From NCBI GenBank assembly GCA_002011035.2, contig MTLY02000002.1:96001-160000 (forward strand): a DNA stretch of 64,000 bases, written 5' to 3'. Position 1 is the stretch's first letter; the number at the start of each line of letters is the position of its first letter. Positions 56,055 to 64,000 of the stretch are shown here, piece by piece. The notes beneath the pieces were generated by a model. It ran no database searches. It was not told the origin of the DNA and saw only the letters and a list, made by a program, of their open reading frames with translations. This stretch comes from Candidatus Hecatella orcuttiae (GTDB lineage Archaea; Thermoproteota; Bathyarchaeia; Hecatellales; Hecatellaceae). The position numbers and the translations under genes are program-made.

Positions 56055-58649
56055 ACGGAAAAAATTGAACGTAAGAAAACTGTGTTAAAGATAGGTGGAA
56101 TGACTTGTGCCTCCTGCGCTCAAACCATAGAGAAAGAACTGTCTAAACTTGAGGGTGTAACAGAGGTTGCAGTCAATTTTGCAGCTGAAAAGGCGACAGT
56201 CGAGTACGATCCAGAAAAGATAGATCGGACAAGATTGGAGAAAGCTGTTTCCGATGTAGGATACAGGGTAATCAAAGATGAGATTACGCTGAATATTCAC
56301 GGTATGACTTGCGCTTCCTGCGCCCAAAACATCGAAAAGGCACTGAGCAAAGTTGAGGGGGTATCCAATGCAAGCGTAAACTTTGCGATGGGGAGGGCTG
56401 TAGTCCAGTATGACTCGTCTCAGGTAAGTGTAGCTGAACTTAAGAAGGTTGTAAAAGACTTAGGTTATGAAGCGGTGGAGAGAGTTGAGGAGACTGCGGA
56501 AGATAGGGAAAGAGCAGCGAGAGAGAAGGAGATAAGAACTCAAAAGCACAACCTTATGATCGCTGTAGCCCTAACTGTTCCCCTTGTGTTATTCAGTTTT
56601 CGCGACACCTTCGCTGGCTTCTATGAAAGTATCGGATTGGGTTTTCTTCCCATGTATACTCTACCGGAGAACAAGTACCTCCTTTATCTCATGTTTATTC
56701 TGACCACCATCATAATGGCTGGGCCTGGAAGACAGTTCTTCACCGGAACTTACAAGGGATTAAGGCACGGCACCACGGATATGAACTTGCTCATAGCCAC
56801 AGGAACAGGTGCCGCTTACGTGGTAAGTGTCGTAGCAACTTTCTTTGCGTTAGGCCCGGGGTATAGAGAGGTCTATTACGATACTGCCGGGCTGCTTGTA
56901 TCGTTCATAGTTCTTGGGAGATACTTGGAGGCAAATGCGAAAGGCAGAACCTCTGAGTCTATCCGAAAACTGATGGGTTTGCGGGCTAAGATAGCGAGAG
57001 TGATTAGGGCTGGTGTGGAAAAGGAAATCCCTGCCGAGGATGTGTTGGTTGGAGACCTTGTCATCGTTAGACCGGGTGAAAAAATACCAGTTGATGGAAT
57101 AGTGAGGGAAGGCCATTCGGCTGTAGATGAGTCCATGATAACTGGTGAAAGCCTCCCCGTTGATAAGAAAGTAGGCGACGAAATTATTGGCGCAACAATC
57201 AACAAAACAGGAGTGTTAAAAGTTGAAGCTACAAAAGTAGGAAAGGACACAGCACTATCGCAGATTATCAAATTAGTGGAGGACGCTCAGACCTCAAAGG
57301 CTCCAATTCAGAGGATCGCCGACTACGTGGCAGGGCACTTCATAGTCGCCGTGCACGTACTGGCTTTGGCAGCCTTCTTCTTCTGGTTCTTCGTAGGATA
57401 TCCAACATTCACACCTGGAACTATATTCGAAACAGCGAGTCCTTTCCTCTTCGCGCTCCTCATAGCCATTACAACCCTCGTAATAGCATGTCCATGCGCT
57501 GTCGGGTTGGCCACACCCACCGCTATCATGGTGGGAACAGGGAAAGGCGCCGAAAACGGTATCCTCATCAAAGGGGGAGAGGCATTAGAGAATGCTCATA
57601 AACTAGACACCATCGTATTCGATAAGACAGGCACTCTGACAAAAGGCGAACCGTCCCTAACAGACATAATCGTTGCCAGGGGATTACTGGCGAATCCGGG
57701 TCCGAGTATAAGTCAAATCCCACCGGAAGAAATAGTTGTTCTGGAAAAGTGGAGTGAAGAGAGTGTGTTAAAGTATGCTGCGGTAGCCGAGAAAATGTCT
57801 GAACACCCTTTAGGAAAGGCGATCGTGGAGGGCGCGAAGGAAAAAGGAATAGAGGTAGACGACCCTGAGGCCTTCAACGCTATTCCCGGCCACGGTGTGG
57901 AAGCGAAATACAATGGCAAACTAATTCTTCTCGGAACACGCAAATTGATGAAAGACAATGGCATAGACATTGAGCACTTGGAGGAAGAAATGAAAACATT
58001 GGAAAACGATGGGAAAACAGCGATGATTCTTGCGGTTGATAAAAGACCTGTTGGCCTAGTCGCTGTTGCAGACACCCTCACAGAGTACGCTAAGGAGGCT
58101 GTGGATGAACTTCACAAGATGGGCTTAGAGGTGTTGATGATTACAGGAGATAATGAGCGAACAGCAAAAGCAATCGCTAGGCAAGTGGGCATAAACAGAG
58201 TTCTCGCAGAAGTGCTTCCTAAAGACAAGGCTAACGAGATTAAAAAGCTTCAAAGCGAGGGCAGGAGAGTCGCCATGGTCGGGGATGGAATCAACGATGC
58301 ACCCGCTTTGACCCAATCTGACATCGGCATTGCCATAGGAAGTGGAACTGATGTTGCCATGGAGTCCGGCAAGATCGTGCTAATCAAAAACGATGTTAGA
58401 GACGTTGTCTCCGCAATCAAACTCAGCAGACAAACTATGAAGAAAATTAAACAGAACCTATTCTGGGCTTTTGTCTACAACGGCACGGGACTACCTGTAG
58501 GAGCGGGGGTTCTGTTTCCCTCACTAGGCTTTTTAGTCAGCCCTGCGTTGGCCGCTGCCTTCATGGCTATGAGTTCCGTATCGGTCACTGCAAACTCATT
58601 GTTATTCAAAAGATACAAGCTTAAGAAGGTGCATCATCCGGCTGCTTAA
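56055..58649 (+). CDS. copA: Cu(I)-exporting P1B-1 ATPase
   Basis: Two GMTCASC HMA domains, TGES, CPC, DKTGT, SEHP, GDGIND, YN, MAMSS; first canonical start is GTG 56082, proposed start ACG 56055. Confidence 0.95.
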   Translation, partial: TEKIERKKTVLKIGGMTCASCAQTIEKELSKLEGVTEVAVNFAAEKATVEYDPEKIDRTRLEKAVSDVGYRVIKDEITLNIHGMTCASCAQNIEKALSKVEGVSNASVNFAMGRAVVQYDSSQVSVAELKKVVKDLGYEAVERVEETAEDRERAAREKEIRTQKHNLMIAVALTVPLVLFSFRDTFAGFYESIGLGFLPMYTLPENKYLLYLMFILTTIIMAGPGRQFFTGTYKGLRHGTTDMNLLIATGTGAAYVVSVVATFFALGPGYREVYYDTAGLLVSFIVLGRYLEANAKGRTSESIRKLMGLRAKIARVIRAGVEKEIPAEDVLVGDLVIVRPGEKIPVDGIVREGHSAVDESMITGESLPVDKKVGDEIIGATINKTGVLKVEATKVGKDTALSQIIKLVEDAQTSKAPIQRIADYVAGHFIVAVHVLALAAFFFWFFVGYPTFTPGTIFETASPFLFALLIAITTLVIACPCAVGLATPTAIMVGTGKGAENGILIKGGEALENAHKLDTIVFDKTGTLTKGEPSLTDIIVARGLLANPGPSISQIPPEEIVVLEKWSEESVLKYAAVAEKMSEHPLGKAIVEGAKEKGIEVDDPEAFNAIPGHGVEAKYNGKLILLGTRKLMKDNGIDIEHLEEEMKTLENDGKTAMILAVDKRPVGLVAVADTLTEYAKEAVDELHKMGLEVLMITGDNERTAKAIARQVGINRVLAEVLPKDKANEIKKLQSEGRRVAMVGDGINDAPALTQSDIGIAIGSGTDVAMESGKIVLIKNDVRDVVSAIKLSRQTMKKIKQNLFWAFVYNGTGLPVGAGVLFPSLGFLVSPALAAAFMAMSSVSVTANSLLFKRYKLKKVHHPAA

Positions 58650-58673
58650 CCTGACAATTAAGAGGTGATAAAA

Positions 58674-58913
58674 ATGAGTGAAATAAAGAGAAGAGTTCAA
58701 GGCATAAACATGTTAGTTTGCGTCTTGGTTTCTGTGGTGATAAGCTGGATATTCTATACCCTAGCTTTGCAGATGCCCGGTAGATTCGCGCAGTACACGA
58801 AGATCGACGTACTCGCAGGTGTAGGGTTCGTCTTTATCCTTTCGATGATAATTTCTTTCTCCCTCATACCCGCATTTATGGAGAAACTGTCCGCTACGCT
58901 GAAGATAAAATAG
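58674..58913 (+). CDS. Small two-TM membrane protein
   Basis: GAGGTGAT before ATG; two hydrophobic segments. Confidence 0.7.
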   Translation: MSEIKRRVQGINMLVCVLVSVVISWIFYTLALQMPGRFAQYTKIDVLAGVGFVFILSMIISFSLIPAFMEKLSATLKIK

Positions 58914-58943
58914 GCATTTATACTTTAGTTGGAAGGAAAGAGA

Positions 58944-59573
58944 ATGGTTGAATACGGTTACGGTCACTGGGATGTAGTAATATTAAATATTATGCTTTTC
59001 TCCTTATTTCTGCTGTTCATACCCTTCAGAAGGAAGGTTGCATATCCTCAAAAGAGTATCTACCTAGCTTTCATAACCGCACTGTTTGCGGAGATGTACG
59101 GTTTCCCTCTAACCATCTACATTCTCACTGCCTATTTCGGCTATAGTAACCCGTTAACACATGAAGCTGGACACCTTTTATACCCTGAGCAGGGAATGAT
59201 GTCGCCGTTCCATATCTTATCGAACTTCATGATATTAGGTGGAATAATTCTCATAATAGCCGGCTGGAGAAAAATCCATAACGCTGGGGGTAAGCTTGTA
59301 ACCGAGGGCGTATACCGACACATCCGTCACCCACAATATCTCGGACTGCTCCTACTCGCATCCGGACTGCTTATCCAATGGACCACCCTTCTCACCGCCC
59401 TCATGTGGCCGGTACTGATATACCTCTATGTCAGATTGGCGAAGAGGGAGGAAAAAGAAATGGAGGAGAAATTTGGAGAAGCATACTTAGAATACAAACG
59501 CGGAGTTCCGATGTTTATTCCCTTCCCCAAAATCCACGTAACAGCGTTCAGTGATCGTTTGAAGGGTGAGTAA
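58944..59573 (+). CDS. Isoprenylcysteine carboxyl methyltransferase family protein
   Basis: AEMYGFPLTIY, LVTEGVY..IRHPQY, LAKREE, VPMFIP. Confidence 0.88.
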   Translation: MVEYGYGHWDVVILNIMLFSLFLLFIPFRRKVAYPQKSIYLAFITALFAEMYGFPLTIYILTAYFGYSNPLTHEAGHLLYPEQGMMSPFHILSNFMILGGIILIIAGWRKIHNAGGKLVTEGVYRHIRHPQYLGLLLLASGLLIQWTTLLTALMWPVLIYLYVRLAKREEKEMEEKFGEAYLEYKRGVPMFIPFPKIHVTAFSDRLKGE

Positions 59574-59596
59574 CTTTGGCGGAGAAACGTGGAAAA

Positions 59597-59893
59597 ATGA
59601 GTTTAAAAGTAAAAGCCTTCACGTTAAGCATAGGTTTTATGATAATATATATTATTTGTGTTGCATGGGATTTAGCTTTTCCGGAGTATGCGATGTATCA
59701 GGTTTGGGCTCCCTTATTCCCGGGGTTTACATGGCTAAGCTTGTCTAGTTTTCTTCTCGGACTTTTCGAGGCCTTCATATATGGACTGCTTATCGCAGTA
59801 ATATTTGTTCCCCTCAACAATTTTTTCAACAAAAGATTCGAAGAACCAACCAGACCTCCAAAAATGGAAGAAAAGGTGAAAGTTACCAACTGA
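59597..59893 (+). CDS. DUF5676-like membrane protein
   Basis: YIICV.WDL.FP..W..LFPGFTWLS..SFLLGL.E.F.YG. Confidence 0.75.
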   Translation: MSLKVKAFTLSIGFMIIYIICVAWDLAFPEYAMYQVWAPLFPGFTWLSLSSFLLGLFEAFIYGLLIAVIFVPLNNFFNKRFEEPTRPPKMEEKVKVTN

Positions 59894-60600
59894 TGACATT
59901 TGGGTGAAGATGCGTGCTTCGAGCTGGCGTTAGAGGGCCTAAAAGTGTTAGTCTATGCTTACAATCACCAGAGCGAGATTAAAGACGCAGATAAGATGGT
60001 TAAGAAGCTGTGACTCGCCGAAAACATAACTCTGGAGAGCATCCTTCAGGTCAACTTCATAGACACAGAAGTTTACAGCCTTCTGAGAAGGCTTTATCGG
60101 AAAATCCTAGTTAGCAACTCCTTAAGCAGGTTTAACACTTTTCTGATACTTTCATCTTCCATAAGAATTATCATGCTCGTATTGTAGTGGAAGTAACTCT
60201 CTTTTTTATTTATAGTCTTTCTCATGGAAGTCTTTTATTCATGAATAACAGGCTGTCTGATCGAAAGACGTTTTTGAGTTGCTACATATTTCACCAGCTA
60301 GTTTTTTCTTCTTGTGAAAAAATAGAGCAGATGATTTTTTTGAAAAATCCGTCAACATATCTCTAAATTTCTCCCAAAAGAAACGACAATTCTTATAAAA
60401 ATCTCAGAACTTCAAAAGCATAATTACGAAGTGATAGGTATTGAAGGAAGCACCAGAAAATGCTTGAGCCTGTACCTATAATGACTGTAGCTATATGTAA
60501 ATGAGCTTTTCAGGAGCGAGATTACAGATGAAAGAAAAGCAATAGTCTATCGCTATTTGGAAATGGATTATCTTTCAATCATATGAAGGTTGACAGCATC

Positions 60601-60750
60601 ATGATGCTTTCTAAAAGCAAAGCTTGGAGAGAACCAGCAGCGTCTGGTTTTGTGAGCAGCCTCGCGTTACTATTTGCATATTTTGGAATTTTAACTGTTG
60701 GCGATTCGTTCAGCCATGCCATTGAAGAATTTGCTGAAGTGTGATACTAA
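60601..60750 (+). pseudogene. Truncated membrane-protein gene fragment
   Basis: MMLSK..LALLFAYFGILTVGDSFSHAIEEFAEV*Y*; from memory resembles the start of a membrane protein found in copper clusters. Confidence 0.35.
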
Positions 60751-60994
60751 ACTTTCCAGTAAGCTTGCGCAAAAAAGTCTGACACCGCTTGAATTTCTTC
60801 ATCTGTAAAAGTTACACCTATCTCAATAAGTCCCTGTTCATATCATCATTGTGATAGTATGACTTTACATCTATTGATCCGTCTTCAAAGACATCCCTAA
60901 CAAAACTAATCGCTCTAAAAACATTGATCTTCCCAGAGCCTTTAGGATAAGGGGCGACATCACCAAGGGGAAATACCAAGACTATGACACCCCA

Positions 60995-61147
60995 GGCGTC
61001 AACCCGGGGGAGGTTCTCACCAGAGAAGCCCTATTCCAACCAGCCAGAGTATACATAGCCCCTCAAGAACTGGAAGACCGCCAGCTGAAAGTTCTCAGCC
61101 AAGCCCTAAAGGAGACATTGAAACAGGAGCTGCTGGCAGATCGATGA
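60995..61147 (+). pseudogene. Probable C-terminal remnant of a tyrosine integrase next to the right att site
   Basis: Startless frame GVNPGEVLTREAL.QPARVYI.PQELEDRQLKVLSQALKETLKQELL ending 31 nt before the repeat; resemblance to archaeal integrase tails is from memory. Confidence 0.45.
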
Positions 61148-61178
61148 AAAAGTACCCATTCAGGTCTGGAACAGTAAG

Positions 61179-61195
61179 TCCCGGCGGCCGCACCA
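61179..61195 (+). repeat. attR-like direct repeat of the tRNA-Gly 3' end
   Basis: Perfect 17-bp match to 48058..48074. Confidence 0.9.
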
Positions 61196-61366
61196 AAACC
61201 AGCCGCTGATTCGCTGGGTTTTTTCCGCGTTCCCCGTTCTTATTTTTAAATTTCTCCTCCCTGCTTTCATCCTCGCCGAACTACGGGCCGGCTGCCTCTT
61301 ATGTTATATATGTACATATATGGCCTAGGGTAGTGAGTCTCTCTTTTCCCCGGCCCGGGGAGGACT

Positions 61367-61909
61367 TCAAGAAGTTTTTGCTTCCAGTTCTTCTAAGATT
61401 TTTTCGAGGTCTTTCTTCCAACGGTCCTCAGTGGCCGTCTGGAAGGAGAAGGTGGCGTTAGGCTGGTAGAACCTGTCTAGGGAGAGAGTTTTCAAATGGG
61501 AGGCGAAATGTTTTAGGGTTGAAAGAAGCTGGGATTGGAAGAAGTATATTCCTCCAAGAAAGACCACTAGGTCGTGGTTTCCCTCCCCCCTCAGCCCCTG
61601 CCAGTTTTCATCCCTCATCCGGTTGACCAAATCCTCTAAGCCCATGCAGGTGAGGGGGACGTCTCCAATTCTTTCCCTGAAAACCCTGAAACATCCGGGG
61701 GAAACCACAACAGGAGAACCCGTCAGCTCAGCCAGCCGGTGCACGAACTTCACCACGTCGACGTCTTCCCCCTTTGCTCCGAGCACGTTGCCTCCCACTA
61801 CTATCAGCGGCCTTTTCGCGTTTCGCAGTAGCTTAGCGGCCATCTCCGGTTTGAGGGTTAAAGCCTGCTCTAAGCCTGGAACCTCAGCCAACTGCCAAGG
61901 AGCCGCCAA
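61367..61909 (-). CDS. cdhB: CO dehydrogenase/acetyl-CoA synthase epsilon subunit
   Basis: PWQLAEVPG, AKRPLIVVG, W.GL.GEGNHDLV.FLG, YQPNA. Confidence 0.93.
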   Translation of the reverse strand: MAAPWQLAEVPGLEQALTLKPEMAAKLLRNAKRPLIVVGGNVLGAKGEDVDVVKFVHRLAELTGSPVVVSPGCFRVFRERIGDVPLTCMGLEDLVNRMRDENWQGLRGEGNHDLVVFLGGIYFFQSQLLSTLKHFASHLKTLSLDRFYQPNATFSFQTATEDRWKKDLEKILEELEAKTS

Positions 61910-61911
61910 GT

Positions 61912-64000
61912 TTACCGCCTCCTTAACACCAGCCTATCGAGAAGGGTGGTTCCCAGCTCCGGAACAGTCTTAGGCTTCCAGCCTTGACTCCTCAAAACTG
62001 GCAGCAGCTCATCCTTCTCCAACACCGGCAGGTCGGACTCAGTTCTCACGAATAGGTGAAGGTCCTCAGGCAGGGTTCCGTAGAGTTTTCGGTATAAATC
62101 TAGGTAGTTTCTCAGCTTGATGGAGCGGCCTTTGAGGGTGTCGTTGGGCCTCATAACCAGCCGGGCGGCCAGCACGAGGGCTTCCTCCTTCGTCTCAGCC
62201 ACATACCACAGGTGCTCAGGAGCAGGGCCGGTGTACTCTTTTTCCCCGCTTCTGACGTTGTAGGGCATCCATTTTTCATCCACGTCCGGCCGGCCTAGGT
62301 AGGCCCTCCGATGGGCTACACCCTTGGGTCCGAGGATCACGGGGATTCCCAGCCTCGTCGCTCCGGTGGCAATAGCCTCCGCCTTCTGGTTCTGAGTCCC
62401 CCAGACAATGGCCACAGCGCCGATGCGGTTTAGGATGTAGTCGGCTATCTCCTCAAAATTGGCCCTAAGCTTCCGACGTGCGAAGATGTTGGCGATTTTG
62501 ACAGCTGCCCCTAAGATGTGGGCGTTGGAAACGCAGGAGCCGGTGTTGACGATGCCTCCCGCGTCGAAGCTGCCGGGGTATTTCTCGTACAGAGTCCGGC
62601 CTTCCTCGTCCTTGTAGCGGGCGATATCCATGGCGGCGCACCCCGAGGTGACAACGATGTACCGTCTTCGGGCGAATTCCTCCGCCATCTGAGCAACCTC
62701 AATGTGGCCGCGGGGGTAGTTGGAGCACCCGGCAAAGGCAACCACCCCGGGGATTTCACCCATGACAATAGGCCTGCCCACGTTTCTGATTTCCGTGTCC
62801 AGAATCGGCCCCCTTCCAGCCCTGATCTTGTACTTGGATTTTCTGATTTTTTCCATACCAGCCTCTCCGATGAGGGTGAGAACAGGGATCTTCCTCGGGC
62901 ATACGCTGTCACAGCGTCCACATCCCACGCAGAGGTCGTACACTTCGGACAGCTTGGTGAGGTTGCCCTTGGCCGCCGCCAAGACGGCTTCATCCACGGG
63001 AAGGTCGGGAACACAGACCCTCCTGCAAAGGCCGCATCCGGTGCACCGGGAGGCCTCTGCCAAGGCTGCGAGAGGCTTAAGTTCCCTCCTCCTAAGGGGG
63101 GCGATTTTGACAGCGGTGCGGACGGCAACCTCAGCAGCCTTGGAAGGGTCCAGTATGAGGACCCCCATGTTTCTGCCTGAAGCCAAGTCCTCCACAACCG
63201 CGTCCACCGGGTCCTCTGTCCGGTTGGGCAGGCCGCCGCAGACTTGGTCGATGGTGGCGATGACCCGCGTACCAGCCTTGAAGGCTTCTTCTACAATGTC
63301 GACGCGAATACATTCTTGGTCGAGGACTAGAACGTCGGCCATCCCCGTCCTGGCGATGAGCTGCTGTCTTGAAAGGTTTCCGACGATTTTGACCCCCCTG
63401 TTAAACCGGGTTAGGTCGTGGGCTGAACAGCAAACACCGCCCACTTCCACCTTATCTGAGAGGCCGGACCTAGCTAGGTATTCCACCGTCTCCACACCTG
63501 GCGCGGCGTTGTGGCCGACGAAGATGATGACGGGCTTATTCCGGTCCAGCACTCCTAGGCCTATTTCTACGTAAGGTGTTTCAGCGTCGCCTTTCGGATA
63601 TCCTAAGCCGGATATTTGAGCTATGTCCGCAACTTCCAAAGCAAGGTTATCCAGCATGCCGGCGTGGAGGGCTTTAGATTCGAAGTCTAGGTAATTCTGC
63701 TCCTGCCCTGTGAGGACGGAGGAGAGAAGCTGGGTGATCTGGTCGCCTATGTAGTCCAGCACCCCCTCCAAGTCGCCCAGCGTCTTAGGCTTTACTCCGG
63801 TGATAAGCCTCGTCAAGGGAGCCTCAATATCTATCTCCGAACCCAAATCTATGGGGTGGCTTCTCCCCAGCTTCTTGACCAAGTAGTCCACCAGATGTTT
63901 GGCGTGGGTTGTGTGGGCTGATGCGCCTACCACGCACTCGAGGAGAATGTGTCTTCCCTGCTGGGTTCGGATGTCGATGCCGCAGGCTCCTTTCCGCCCT
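61912..64000 (-). CDS. cdhA: CO dehydrogenase/acetyl-CoA synthase alpha subunit (5' end outside the window)
   Basis: GACGID, AHTTHA, GHN, GVCC, DQECIR, two ferredoxin-type Cys motifs, GSCVSN, PAPEHL. Confidence 0.95.
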   Translation of the reverse strand, partial: GRKGACGIDIRTQQGRHILLECVVGASAHTTHAKHLVDYLVKKLGRSHPIDLGSEIDIEAPLTRLITGVKPKTLGDLEGVLDYIGDQITQLLSSVLTGQEQNYLDFESKALHAGMLDNLALEVADIAQISGLGYPKGDAETPYVEIGLGVLDRNKPVIIFVGHNAAPGVETVEYLARSGLSDKVEVGGVCCSAHDLTRFNRGVKIVGNLSRQQLIARTGMADVLVLDQECIRVDIVEEAFKAGTRVIATIDQVCGGLPNRTEDPVDAVVEDLASGRNMGVLILDPSKAAEVAVRTAVKIAPLRRRELKPLAALAEASRCTGCGLCRRVCVPDLPVDEAVLAAAKGNLTKLSEVYDLCVGCGRCDSVCPRKIPVLTLIGEAGMEKIRKSKYKIRAGRGPILDTEIRNVGRPIVMGEIPGVVAFAGCSNYPRGHIEVAQMAEEFARRRYIVVTSGCAAMDIARYKDEEGRTLYEKYPGSFDAGGIVNTGSCVSNAHILGAAVKIANIFARRKLRANFEEIADYILNRIGAVAIVWGTQNQKAEAIATGATRLGIPVILGPKGVAHRRAYLGRPDVDEKWMPYNVRSGEKEYTGPAPEHLWYVAETKEEALVLAARLVMRPNDTLKGRSIKLRNYLDLYRKLYGTLPEDLHLFVRTESDLPVLEKDELLPVLRSQGWKPKTVPELGTTLLDRLVLRRR

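Larger units (their letters stand above)
48075..61195. mobile_element. Decayed (probably tandem) genomic island integrated at tRNA-Gly
   Basis: 17-bp direct repeat TCCCGGCGGCCGCACCA at 48058..48074 and 61179..61195; degenerate copy at 50110..50129; visibly AT-richer; contains gene fragments. Confidence 0.85.

Noticed and set aside
61306-61321. Perfect palindrome ATATATGTACATATAT
   Set aside because: Low-complexity AT dinucleotide sequence downstream of cdhB with no associated gene start
62511-63574. Long overlapping ORFs (220-284 aa) within cdhA, and similar ones in mtr, hflX, ileS and 50431..51087
   Set aside because: Shadow frames of well-supported genes with no recognisable motifs
1-64000. 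CRISPR array, rRNA or intact transposase
   Set aside because: No regularly spaced repeats, rRNA-like sequence or transposase motifs seen

Overview
Archaeal chromosome segment with TACK-like gene content. It is most consistent with a Bathyarchaeia lineage such as the Mtr-bearing Hecatellales (inference, not a database result). From 1 to 48 kb it is mostly core genome: an anchored multiheme cytochrome c, hemA, five aminoacyl-tRNA synthetases (lysS, argS, cysS, ileS, aspS), SepCysS, a TBP with a Cys-rich tail, a complete Mtr operon, cbiA, aglB, the rpl44e-rps27e-aIF2a-nop10 cluster, fprA, korAB, atpD, hflX, tfe, alba and four tRNAs. tRNA-Arg(GCG) has a D-loop intron and tRNA-Gly(TCC) has C33. 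From 48075 to 61195 lies an AT-richer, apparently tandem, decayed island in tRNA-Gly carrying a copper-resistance cluster, nadA/Fe-S genes and orphan nuoJK. The window ends in cdhB-cdhA. Main unexplained signals: (1) several conserved genes whose N-termini can only start at ACG or CTG, mostly at the normal Shine-Dalgarno distance; (2) an Mtr domain swap, with the MtrA corrinoid domain fused to MtrF and the MtrA stalk encoded separately; (3) the TBP with a CxxCxxxCxxC domain. All family assignments come from motif recognition by eye; no searches were run.
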